Sequence record: SRR20825006_1764
Direction: 5' to 3' (one strand)
DNA: 39,735 nucleotides
Within the stretch, counting starts at the first letter, position 1, and each line of letters opens with the position of its first letter. The notes under the pieces were generated by a model that saw only the letters and a list, made by a program, of their open reading frames with translations, was not told where the DNA came from and did no database searches. Both the position numbers and the translations under genes were made by a program. This document shows, piece by piece, positions 27,113 through 36,045 of this stretch.

Positions 27113-27928
27113 ATGTACAGACGCACTTTCGTCTCAGGCGTTTCAGCCGGTGTGCTGGCAATGCCCGCCCTGGGCCAAACGGCCTTGCCGTTACCGATCG
27201 GCATTCCCGACCCCAAAGGCGAAAGCACTTTGCTCCCCGCCGTTGGCTCCGGTCCCCGGCCGCTGATTTATCTGTCTCATAGGTTGGGTGGCGTCCCCGA
27301 AATGGGACGGCAGAACGACGCGCCATGGATCATGTTCGGTGCTATGCAGCGAGCGGGCTGGACGATCCTGCGCAGTGCGGATGCCGGGCCCGAGACCTAC
27401 GGCAACGATCAGGCGCTTGCCTATTGCGCCCGCATGTGCGGCAAGGCAATCGAACGCATGGACTGGGACGGGCGGCTATTCTCCCTGGGAATTTCGATGG
27501 GCGCGATTCCCGCTTTGCTGATGACATGGCGGGGTCTCTTCCCGCATCCGGTGCGTGCAGTTGCCACGGTCGCCGGCGTAATGAACCTTACTAAAATCCA
27601 TGCAAGTCCGTCTGACCGCCGCGCCCGGATCGACGCGGCTTACAACGTCACACAGCACTTCCCGTTCGAGCAGGCGAGCAAGGGTCACGATCCGCTGAAC
27701 GACTTCCACAGCTTTTCCGAAAACCGCATTCCGCTTCTGGCTGTCGCTAGTTCGGACGACGCGTTACTGCCGATAGACGTCCATGCCGGTCCAATGATCG
27801 AGACTAGTCGCGCGATCGGAAGCCCGTCCGAGTTGATGCAGATTTCGGGATCCCATATCGGAGACGAGCATTTTACCGAGCAGATGGCGGGGCGAGTACT
27901 CGATTTCTTCACGGTGCATGGTCGTTGA
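27113..27928 (+). CDS. Putative secreted alpha/beta hydrolase
   Basis: YRRTF Tat-like signal, GISMG nucleophile elbow, candidate Asp (SSDD) and His (GSH). GGAGAG RBS. Confidence 0.7.
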   Translation: MYRRTFVSGVSAGVLAMPALGQTALPLPIGIPDPKGESTLLPAVGSGPRPLIYLSHRLGGVPEMGRQNDAPWIMFGAMQRAGWTILRSADAGPETYGNDQALAYCARMCGKAIERMDWDGRLFSLGISMGAIPALLMTWRGLFPHPVRAVATVAGVMNLTKIHASPSDRRARIDAAYNVTQHFPFEQASKGHDPLNDFHSFSENRIPLLAVASSDDALLPIDVHAGPMIETSRAIGSPSELMQISGSHIGDEHFTEQMAGRVLDFFTVHGR

Positions 27929-28037
27929 CATTGAGCAGCCCGTATGCCTCTTCCAATCGGGATTTCAAGCAAGTCGTATAGGGCTACCGACAGCATTTGC
28001 GTTTAACTGGCTCAAGTCATTCAGGACTCGACATCGT

Positions 28038-28569
28038 CTAATAAAGTCCAGCCAACTCTGCTGGCTTCATCGAATGCAGGACGATCACAGAAGTGCTGTG
28101 GATGGCGCGATCATGGAGGTCGATGGCATCCTGATTGAACCTACGAATGCAGCCCGACGAGGCAGCCTTTCCAAGCTCCCGCCCCGAGGCACATCCGTGG
28201 ATACGGTAAAGCGGATCGACGTCGTTCTCGAAAAGATGAAGCGCCCGCGCGTCTAACGGATATCCGGGCACCGGATCCATACCTCCGTTTGCTACCGAGC
28301 AAGGCGCAAGCTCCGGTGACCATTTAATCCTCGCCACTCTGGCGCATACGCCGTGGCCACCTCCTGTTGCCAGAGGTCGAGTGACAAAAATGCCGTCTGG
28401 AGCGGCGGGAAATCGGATAGGGTCCGTCAGTGGTCGCTCCGTAAAAGCCGGGGAGTGGTGGAATGTGCAACAGTGTAATTGCGCGGCTGGCCGGTTCGAT
28501 CGGTGGGGGACTGGCACAATCGGCAAATCCGGCCATCGCGCCAAGGGTCATGAGACTTTCCTTTTTCAT
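28038..28569 (-). pseudogene. Degenerate L,D-transpeptidase, paralogue of 20919-21665
   Basis: C-terminal frame SVANGGMDP...ARALHLF...LYRIHG...ELGKAASSGCIR...VIVL aligns with the intact LDT. The N-terminal PPLPGFYG...PYPI is in another frame, and the central GTIVID...WPRW block is largely missing. Confidence 0.85.
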
Positions 28570-28595
28570 TCTGAATGGGGCGGCATCCTGTAGAC

Positions 28596-29207
28596 TCACA
28601 CCGCCTCGAATACCGAGTACTGAAAGCTTTGGGTTACGCCTCCGGGTGTCCGGTGGCCCACCTTTCGCGTTTCCAGCGGTTGAAACGATGGCCCAACGCG
28701 CGCAGAAAGGGCCTCGGAGGAATAACGCTGCACCGGCAGACCGCTGCACCGCTCGGGGCCGTCTTCGGCGAATGTGGCCATGATCACAATCGAGCCAGGC
28801 GTGGTTGCCAATTTCAGAGCCGATAAATAGGCATCCTGAGATGCGCGGTTGGTCAAGAAATGAAACGCCGCCCGGTCATGCCAGACGCCTGATGTACGCG
28901 CGGGCCGCCAGTCCGTGACGTCCTGCACAACAAAGGTCGGCTGCACGTCCCGCCCGATCAGACGATCCCGGACCACATCGAAACTTCTGTCCGACAGGTC
29001 CAGCAACGTCACATCTTCGACGCCGTTGTCCAGCAACCGGTCCACCAGCCGCGACGTCCCTGCGCCGATATCGACAATACCCCGCGCCGCAGCATCCCGA
29101 TGGGTCAGGATCAGATCGAGGCTCGGCTGAGCGTCATTCTGAAACCACGACACCGTCTCCTCGGACTTTGTGGCGTAGACGCTGTTCCAATGATCGCGCT
29201 TTTCCAT
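28596..29207 (-). CDS. Class I SAM-dependent methyltransferase
   Basis: HWNSVY..K....VSWFQ, VDIGAG motif I, WHDRAAFHFLT and GPERCSGLPV. Confidence 0.9.
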   Translation of the reverse strand: MEKRDHWNSVYATKSEETVSWFQNDAQPSLDLILTHRDAAARGIVDIGAGTSRLVDRLLDNGVEDVTLLDLSDRSFDVVRDRLIGRDVQPTFVVQDVTDWRPARTSGVWHDRAAFHFLTNRASQDAYLSALKLATTPGSIVIMATFAEDGPERCSGLPVQRYSSEALSARVGPSFQPLETRKVGHRTPGGVTQSFQYSVFEAV

Positions 29208-29221
29208 TGCTTCGACCCTTC

Positions 29222-30709
29222 CTATCCGACCGTGAACTGTCCCATCATGCCCGCATCCTCATGTTCGAGAATGTGGCAGTGGTACATGAATGGGGTTTCT
29301 TTCTCGGCCCGTTTGTCGAAGCGGACGAGGATTTCGGTGGGGCCGTCGACCAACACCACGTCCTTCATGCCGATCCGCGCCGGATCGACCGCCCGACCGC
29401 CCATCGTCACGACCTGAAACGACGTGCCGTGCACGTGGAACGGATGCACCATCATATCAGCGTTTATGCGCCACAACTCGGTCTCGCCCATGGGAACGGC
29501 CAGGTCGATGCTCCCCATGTCGTAGGACTCCCCGTTGATGCCCATGATCTGACCGTCGCGGCCGATCAGATTGTTGAACATGCCGCCCATCATCGACCCT
29601 GTATGGACGTTCAGTGTGAAATCGCGGGTGCGGACCGGAGCGCCGAGATCGGGCAAATCAGACGGCAAAGACGCAGGTAGTGTCGCGGGCCCGGTCTCTG
29701 CGGCATCGCCCACGTCAAACGACATGATCTCAAACGGGGCGTCATCGCTTCCGCTGCCCATCTTGCCGCCGCCATTCATCATGCCACCGCCGCCCATCAT
29801 GCCGCCGCTGCTGACATTGCGTGAAACCAACCGGACAGCTGACCGGTCCGTGAAATTAACGACGATCTCGGCCCGCTCCGCCGGGGCCAGGCGCAGGCCA
29901 TTCATGGCGATCGGCGCGGGCAGGAGCCCGCCATCGCTGGCGACCTGGTGGAACTGACGCCCGTCGTTGAAGCTGAAATCATACATCCGGGCGTTCGAGG
30001 CATTGAGCAGACGCAGGCGCACCAGCCCGGCGGGCACCGTCAGTGTAGGTCGGATCGCGCCGTTGACCAGCATCTCAGTGCCGCGGAACCCCTGCATCCT
30101 GTCCATCATGCCAGGATCGTAAGACATGCGGCCGGACCGGTCGAAATTGCGGTCTTGCACGATCAGCGGGAAATCGTTCGTGCCGTAATCGCGGGGCAGC
30201 GGATCGACCGCATCGGGATCGTCGATGATGATCATGCCTGCAAGGCCGCGATAGACCTGATCGGCGGTGCGCCCGTGGACATGGCTGTGATACCAGAGCG
30301 TCGCGGCGGGATGATCCACCGGCAACTCGGGCGACCAGGTCCTGCCCGGATCAAAGGCCAGTTGCGGCCCGCCGTCGAGATGTCCGGGCACGTGCATGCC
30401 ATGCCAGTGCGCGGTGATGGGATCATCGGTGCGATTGACCACGTCGATATTTGCCGTGCGTCCACGCTGAAACCTCAGCAGCGGACCCAGATAATCCTGC
30501 TCATAGCCTAGCGTATCGGATGCGGCGCCCGACATGAATTCGCGCGTGCCTTTCATCGCGGTCAGGGTATTGCCCGCGCCGGGCCCGACCTCCATCACTT
30601 GGGGGATCGGCAAAGGCGCACCGGGTTCTGCGGCGACCGCGCGGCGGGTCAGCAAGGCTGGCGTGGCGAGAGTGGCAGCGGTGAGGGTGAGGAACCGGCG
30701 GCGTTTCAT
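29222..30709 (-). CDS. Multicopper oxidase (CueO/laccase-like), Tat-exported
   Basis: RRRFL signal; Cu motifs HWHG, WYHSH, HPFHVHG and HCHILEHEDAGM; Met/Gly-rich insert. Confidence 0.93.
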   Translation of the reverse strand: MKRRRFLTLTAATLATPALLTRRAVAAEPGAPLPIPQVMEVGPGAGNTLTAMKGTREFMSGAASDTLGYEQDYLGPLLRFQRGRTANIDVVNRTDDPITAHWHGMHVPGHLDGGPQLAFDPGRTWSPELPVDHPAATLWYHSHVHGRTADQVYRGLAGMIIIDDPDAVDPLPRDYGTNDFPLIVQDRNFDRSGRMSYDPGMMDRMQGFRGTEMLVNGAIRPTLTVPAGLVRLRLLNASNARMYDFSFNDGRQFHQVASDGGLLPAPIAMNGLRLAPAERAEIVVNFTDRSAVRLVSRNVSSGGMMGGGGMMNGGGKMGSGSDDAPFEIMSFDVGDAAETGPATLPASLPSDLPDLGAPVRTRDFTLNVHTGSMMGGMFNNLIGRDGQIMGINGESYDMGSIDLAVPMGETELWRINADMMVHPFHVHGTSFQVVTMGGRAVDPARIGMKDVVLVDGPTEILVRFDKRAEKETPFMYHCHILEHEDAGMMGQFTVG

Positions 30710-32466
30710 AGGGACACTCCATCATTGGATGGTGAGAATTGATTGGTGGAACCATTGCACAGGGCCTGCACCGCGCGGTGCTGCGTCAGGAAAACCCGGC
30801 CCGTGAGATCGGACAGAAAGTGGGTTTTCTTCAGGCCGTCCATCACTGGCCCCTTCACTTCGCTGAGGTGGAACTTAATATCTCGCGTGCCCAGCCGTGT
30901 GTTGATCGCCTCAAGGCTTTCGAGTGCACTCATGTCGATCTCGTTCACCGCGGAGCACATCAGGATCACGTGGTGCAGGTCGTCGCGGTCGGCGATCATG
31001 TCATAGATGCGGTCTTCGAGGTTGCGGGCATTGGCAAAATACAGGCTTTCGTCCACGCGCACCGACAGGATGCCGTCATGCAGCGTCACGTTATGTCGGT
31101 CGACGTTGCGATAGTGTTCAGTGCCTGGCACCTGACCCACCACCGCCATATGCGGACGCGAGGATTTGTAGAGGTGGATGAGGATCGAGATCAGCACCCC
31201 CGCCGACACGCCGACTTCAACCCCGAGGGTGAGCGTCAACAGGATCGTCGCCGACACGGCGGCGAAATCGGCCTTGGAATAGACCCAGCTGCGTTTCAGG
31301 ATCGAGAAATCGACAAGGCTGAGGACCGCGACGATGATCGTCGCCGCCAGCGTCGCCTTGGGCAGGAAATAGATCAGCGGTGTCAGCATCAGCGCGGCAA
31401 TGGCCAATCCTACGGCAGTGTAGGCCCCCGCAGCGGGTGTGCGTGCCCCTGCGTCGAAGTTCACCACGGACCGCGAGAACCCGCCGGTGACCGGAAAGCC
31501 GCCCGTGAACGCTGCACCAAGGTTGGCCGCGCCCAGACCAATCAGCTCCTGGTCCGGATCGATGCGCTGACGACGCTTGGCGGCAAGCGTCTGCGCGACC
31601 GAGATCGATTCAACGAAGCCGATGATCGAGATCAGGATGGCGGGCCCGATCATCGCGACCAGAACGTCCGGCTGGAATGACGGCAGCGTCAGGGGCGGCA
31701 GCGCCTGGGGTACTGCACCGACGATGTCGACGCCGCGGTCCGCAAGGCCAAAGGCCCAGACCGCCAGCGTCGTGGCCAGAACGGCAAAGACCGGCCCGGC
31801 CTTGGCCCCCATTTCAGCCAACGTCTTGCTAAGACCGATCCGCTGCAGCAGCGGCTTGAGGCCTTTGCGCACCCAGAACAGGAATGCCGTCGCGGTTACG
31901 CCCAGCAGAACCGTGATCCAGTTGATCGTGCCGAGAACCGACCATAACCCGTGCAGCATCTCGATCAGCGTGTCGCCGGAGGCTTTGACGCCGAGGATGT
32001 GCTTCAGCTGGCTGGTGGCAATCAGGATACCGCTGGCGGTGATGAACCCGGCGATCACCGGATGCGACAGGAAGTTTGCCAGAAACCCCAGCCGGAACAG
32101 TCCGAGGATCAGCAGGAAGGCACCGGACAGAAACGCCAGTGTCAGGGCTGCGGTGACATAGTCGATGCCCTGATCGCTGAGCTTGCCGATGGCCGCCGCC
32201 GTCATCAAAGACACCACGGCCACCGGCCCGACTGCCAGCGTGCGCGAGGTGCCGAAGATGGCATAAAGCACGATGGGCAGGATCGAGGCATAGATCCCCG
32301 CCTCAGGGGGCAGTCCCGCCAGCAATGCATAAGCCAGCGATTGCGGAATCAGCATGATCGTGACGATCACCGCCGCGACCAGATCGCCGCTCAGCTTGTC
32401 ACGGTCGTAGCTGCGGCCCCAGTCCAGCACCGGCAGGTATCGGGTCAGGTTGGGCACGTTTCTCAA
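30706..32466 (-). CDS. sulP: SulP family anion transporter with STAS domain
   Basis: DLVAAVIVTIMLIPQSLAYA, GTSR.LAVGP, GGFSRS and the STAS domain LYFANA...EIDMSA. Confidence 0.93.
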   Translation of the reverse strand: MRNVPNLTRYLPVLDWGRSYDRDKLSGDLVAAVIVTIMLIPQSLAYALLAGLPPEAGIYASILPIVLYAIFGTSRTLAVGPVAVVSLMTAAAIGKLSDQGIDYVTAALTLAFLSGAFLLILGLFRLGFLANFLSHPVIAGFITASGILIATSQLKHILGVKASGDTLIEMLHGLWSVLGTINWITVLLGVTATAFLFWVRKGLKPLLQRIGLSKTLAEMGAKAGPVFAVLATTLAVWAFGLADRGVDIVGAVPQALPPLTLPSFQPDVLVAMIGPAILISIIGFVESISVAQTLAAKRRQRIDPDQELIGLGAANLGAAFTGGFPVTGGFSRSVVNFDAGARTPAAGAYTAVGLAIAALMLTPLIYFLPKATLAATIIVAVLSLVDFSILKRSWVYSKADFAAVSATILLTLTLGVEVGVSAGVLISILIHLYKSSRPHMAVVGQVPGTEHYRNVDRHNVTLHDGILSVRVDESLYFANARNLEDRIYDMIADRDDLHHVILMCSAVNEIDMSALESLEAINTRLGTRDIKFHLSEVKGPVMDGLKKTHFLSDLTGRVFLTQHRAVQALCNGSTNQFSPSNDGVSL

Positions 32467-32849
32467 GACTTGATGGGCAGCCCGGCCTCTTTCCAGCCGC
32501 CCAGACCGCCGTCGATGACCTTGGCACTATAGCCCATTGTCGTGAGCGTATCGGCCGCCAGCGCGGCGCGGGCACCCGACGCACACAGGACATGCACGCA
32601 TCCTTCCGAATGGCGCAACGCCACCAGAGCGTCATGCCCCTTGCCGGTGTCCGGATCGGCCTGGGACTCCAGAAGCCCACGGGGGATGTGGATCGCTCCG
32701 TCAACCGCGCCATCGCTGTCCAGCTCGGACGGTTCGCGGACGTCGAGGATCAGATCGCCGCGCGCCTGTGCGGCTTGCGCATCGCCGGGGCGGATGGTTT
32801 CGACACGGGTCTTGGCGTCCGCCACCAGGTCTTTCATGGATTTGGTCAT
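32463..32849 (-). CDS. Single-domain rhodanese/sulfurtransferase
   Basis: ILDVREP, GAIHIPRG, active-site CASGAR and GGLGGW. Confidence 0.9.
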   Translation of the reverse strand: MTKSMKDLVADAKTRVETIRPGDAQAAQARGDLILDVREPSELDSDGAVDGAIHIPRGLLESQADPDTGKGHDALVALRHSEGCVHVLCASGARAALAADTLTTMGYSAKVIDGGLGGWKEAGLPIKS

Positions 32850-32860
32850 GGATATCTCCT

Positions 32861-33781
32861 TTAGAATTTATCGACGGGCAATTTCAGATAATGCGCCCCG
32901 TCGCTTTCGGCGTCCGGCAGCCGCCCGCCGCGCAGGTTGATCTGCAAAACGGCCAGCATCCGGTCAGGCAGGGCTAGGGTCGCGTCGCGGCTGTCGCGCG
33001 TTTCGACATACGTCGCCTTGTCGGTATCACCGCCCACGTGGATGTTATGCGCCTTGTGATCGTCGACACGCGCTTCCCATTCCGGCTCATCCCGGCCTTC
33101 GGCACCGTAGTCATGGCCGATGAACAGGCGCGTGTTGCCGGGCAACGCCAAGATGGCCTGCAATGAGTCCCACAATTCTTCGCTGCTTCCACCGGGAAAA
33201 TCGGCGCGAGAGGTGCCGCTGTCGGGCTGCATGAACGTATCGTGCACGAAAGCCGCATTGCCGCAGATATAGGTGATCGACCCCAGCGTATGGCCCGGCG
33301 ACAACATCACGCGAACCTCCAGATCGCCGATCTTGAACGTATCGCCGTCTGCAAACAGTCGGTCGAAATCGCGGGTGGGATCGAATGCGTCCGGCGCGTT
33401 GTATATGCCGCGCCATAGGTCGGCGATTTCTTTTACTTTCTGGCCGATGGCATTGGGCGCGCCGGTACGGTCTTTCAGCCGCGCCGATGCCATCGCGTGA
33501 TCGGCATGGGGATGCGTATCCAGCACCCACTCCACCGTCAGACCATGCTCATCAATCAGAGAAAGGACCTGATCCATGCTACGGGTATCGGTGGCGAAGC
33601 TGGCCGGATCGAAGTTCAGCACGACGTCGATCAACGCGGCCTTCTTCGTTGCGGGGTCCGCACAGATATACTGGATTGAACCGGTATCGGGTTCATAGAT
33701 GCCCCAGACATCGGGGTTGCCCGCACCGGTCGAGGGCGAATGACGCACGATCGGTTGGTCAAGTTTTGAGGTGTCTGTCAT
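32861..33781 (-). CDS. MBL-fold persulfide dioxygenase (ETHE1/Blh-like)
   Basis: THPHADH, SPGHT, DSGTSRADFPGG, GHDY and the L..P...L..LQINLRGG.LP C-terminus of PDOs; sulfur-gene context. Confidence 0.85.
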   Translation of the reverse strand: MTDTSKLDQPIVRHSPSTGAGNPDVWGIYEPDTGSIQYICADPATKKAALIDVVLNFDPASFATDTRSMDQVLSLIDEHGLTVEWVLDTHPHADHAMASARLKDRTGAPNAIGQKVKEIADLWRGIYNAPDAFDPTRDFDRLFADGDTFKIGDLEVRVMLSPGHTLGSITYICGNAAFVHDTFMQPDSGTSRADFPGGSSEELWDSLQAILALPGNTRLFIGHDYGAEGRDEPEWEARVDDHKAHNIHVGGDTDKATYVETRDSRDATLALPDRMLAVLQINLRGGRLPDAESDGAHYLKLPVDKF

Positions 33782-33783
33782 GG

Positions 33784-34218
33784 TCAGGCTCCTTTGACTT
33801 TGAAGATGGAAAGTGATTTCGCGGCTCCACCCAGCACGATGCCGATCAGCATGGCAGGCAGGAACATGAGGATTCCGGCCGATCCCATCGCCAAAGCGGT
33901 CCAGGCCGGACCGGGACAGAAGCCGCCAAGCCCCCAGCCGATGCCGAATATGGCGGCCCCGGTCAGCAGGGGGGTGTCGATTTCGGCGTCTTTTGGAAGG
34001 TCGAATCGAGTTCCGACAATGGGGGTCTTCTGTCGCCAGACCAAACGGTATCCGACAAAGGCGGTTATCGATGCACCGCCCATGACGAAGGCGAGACTGG
34101 GATCCCAGACCCCAAAGATGTCGAGAAAGTTCAGAACTTTTGCAGGATCGGCCATGCCTGACAGGATCAGCCCGAGGCCGAAGGTCAAACCGGCGATCAA
34201 ACCCAGTATGGGACGCAT
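33784..34218 (-). CDS. YeeE/YedE family sulfur transporter subunit (PmpB/DUF6691-like)
   Basis: SGMADPAKVLNFLD..WDPSL and GFCPGP motifs. Confidence 0.88.
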   Translation of the reverse strand: MRPILGLIAGLTFGLGLILSGMADPAKVLNFLDIFGVWDPSLAFVMGGASITAFVGYRLVWRQKTPIVGTRFDLPKDAEIDTPLLTGAAIFGIGWGLGGFCPGPAWTALAMGSAGILMFLPAMLIGIVLGGAAKSLSIFKVKGA

Positions 34219-34228
34219 GACAGGCTCC

Positions 34229-34678
34229 TTAAAATACGTGACGGATCAGGGTGGTCGTCACGATGGCGGCGGCGACAAACACGCTCACCGCGACCAGCGA
34301 CCGGGGTGACAATCTTGCAATGCCGCACACACCGTGCCCCGACGTGCAGCCCGATCCCAACGCTGTGCCAACCCCGACCAGCAGTCCGGCGATGGCCATA
34401 CCGGGCAGGTTCTCGGGCACGGTCTGCTGCGGGAACGATCCGGTCGCCAGCAGCACGACAACAGGGGACGCGATCAGACCCAGCAGGAACGACAGCCGCC
34501 AGCCCCGGTCGTCGGGTCCACCGGCACCGGGCAACAATCCGGTCAACCCCTTGGTGATCCCTGTGATGCCCGCGATCTTGCCGAACAAGCCCATGACCAT
34601 CACGGCGCTGAGCCCGATCAGCGCGCCGCCGAACAGCGACAGCCACGGCGTGAATTCGGTTGTGACGACGGGTCCCAT
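34229..34678 (-). CDS. YeeE/YedE family sulfur transporter subunit (PmpA-like)
   Basis: GGALIG, IAGITGI and GSGCTSGHGVCG motifs. AGGAGG RBS before ATG 34678. Confidence 0.9.
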   Translation of the reverse strand: MGPVVTTEFTPWLSLFGGALIGLSAVMVMGLFGKIAGITGITKGLTGLLPGAGGPDDRGWRLSFLLGLIASPVVVLLATGSFPQQTVPENLPGMAIAGLLVGVGTALGSGCTSGHGVCGIARLSPRSLVAVSVFVAAAIVTTTLIRHVF

Positions 34679-34738
34679 ACGGGCCTCCTTTCGTCTATTT
34701 CTATTGTTGTTCACTGTATCGTCTGCTATATGTAAGAC

Positions 34739-35077
34739 ATGACTAAATTAGTCAACACTAATATAAATGAAAACCGGCCGTCGCTGCCGGTTCTGCAGGC
34801 GCGTGCGGCAGAAGTCGCCGTGCACCTCGGGCTGTTGTCGAATTCCAACAGACTGATGGTGCTCTGCCACTTACTGGAAGGCGAGCAATCGGTCGGAGCC
34901 TTGCAGGCGCAGCTGGAACTGAGTCAATCGGCGCTTAGCCAGCATCTCGCCCGATTGCGCGAGGCCGGGATGGTGTCCACGCGCCGCGATCGGCAGACGA
35001 TCTTCTATCGTATCGCCGATCCGCGGGTGCATCAGATGATCGAGGCGCTGTATCTAATCTATTGTGACCCGGACTGA
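34739..35077 (+). CDS. ArsR/SmtB family repressor, BigR/SqrR-type (two-Cys)
   Basis: RLMVLCHL, LSQSALSQHLARLR HTH and C-terminal LYLIYC Cys; divergent from the sulfur operon. Confidence 0.88.
   Translation: MTKLVNTNINENRPSLPVLQARAAEVAVHLGLLSNSNRLMVLCHLLEGEQSVGALQAQLELSQSALSQHLARLREAGMVSTRRDRQTIFYRIADPRVHQMIEALYLIYCDPD
34747..34762. promoter_or_regulatory. Candidate ArsR operator
   Basis: Palindrome ATTAGT-caac-ACTAAT in the AT-rich divergent region, overlapping the first ArsR codons. Confidence 0.45.
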
Positions 35078-35404
35078 GAAACCGTTGGCGATTGTATCTT
35101 CGCGGAGGCAGCCCGTAACCTGGCCCGATTTCCACGCAAATGGGAAATCGAACCCGGCACTGTGCCAAGATGAGTGGTTTCTGCCCCGGCCACAAACCTG
35201 TGGCAAAACAGGGCGTTCGGTTTTCCCAAGAAGTATCCTGTAACACTGGCGTGACATTGCTCCTCGGGTGCTCACTGATCGGCCAACGGATGCCGGAGGT
35301 TAGTTTCAGAGGAAAATTCGAGTCGAGATTTACATACTCATCCAAGGCCTGCTTCGGAGCCAGGCAGCCACCCGCATCCTTTCATGCCGATGGCTGCCCT
35401 TGTG

Positions 35405-36028
35405 TCAACTTGCGTCTTTGAATTCGGTGTATTCGCCGCGGACCTGGACAGTCACGGTTGCGGGCTGGCTGTCGCGATTTCGCCAGAACCAGCCGTGCTC
35501 GCCGTCGAATGCCGCAATGATCTCGCCCTCATCGCCCGTCGAGCCGCGGCCCTTTTCATAGGTCACCGAATTGCCGCCGCCGTGGCCGTGCAAGTCGAAA
35601 TTCACCCGACCGCCTTCGACGAGCATCCGGTATTCCACCGTCTGGCCCTCTTCCATGACCAGCTTCCACTCGGCACTGTCACCGGGTGCCAGCGTAAAGG
35701 TGGTTTCGTCGCGCCAGACTTCGGCCTCCTGCGCGTGGGCGGCACCGACAAAAAGTCCGAAGATATCGTTGATAAGGCTCGATTGCTCTTGCCCTTCAAG
35801 CTGCATCACCTTGTCGGCCTCGGCCTCCTCCGCGAGCTGGGTCTTGATCTCGCCCATCTCGCTCAGCCCGAGAACGCCGCCGATCCCTGTCGGATCGATG
35901 TTATATTCGGCGGGAAGCACCACGGTCACAAGGATCGCAACGGCGCTGGCTGCAGCGATGGCGGTGGAACGGATAAGTTGCGCGGAAGTCGGCAGCTCAT
36001 CGAGGCTTGGTTTTTCTGCGTTGAACAT
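35405..36028 (-). CDS. Membrane-anchored hypothetical protein with a His-containing C-terminal domain
   Basis: One TM helix, LPAEYNIDPTG, and FDLHGH plus GEHGWFWRN motifs. AGGAG RBS; follows HupE/UreJ. Confidence 0.8.
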   Translation of the reverse strand: MFNAEKPSLDELPTSAQLIRSTAIAAASAVAILVTVVLPAEYNIDPTGIGGVLGLSEMGEIKTQLAEEAEADKVMQLEGQEQSSLINDIFGLFVGAAHAQEAEVWRDETTFTLAPGDSAEWKLVMEEGQTVEYRMLVEGGRVNFDLHGHGGGNSVTYEKGRGSTGDEGEIIAAFDGEHGWFWRNRDSQPATVTVQVRGEYTEFKDAS

Positions 36029-36045
36029 TTGGATCTCCTAAACTC

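Noticed and set aside
35078-35404. 327-bp gap between arsR and the membrane-anchored gene as a hidden gene or IS remnant
   Set aside because: No convincing motif, inverted-repeat pair or RBS-led ORF; only a terminator-like GGCAGCCA/TGGCTGCC hairpin near 35362-35398.
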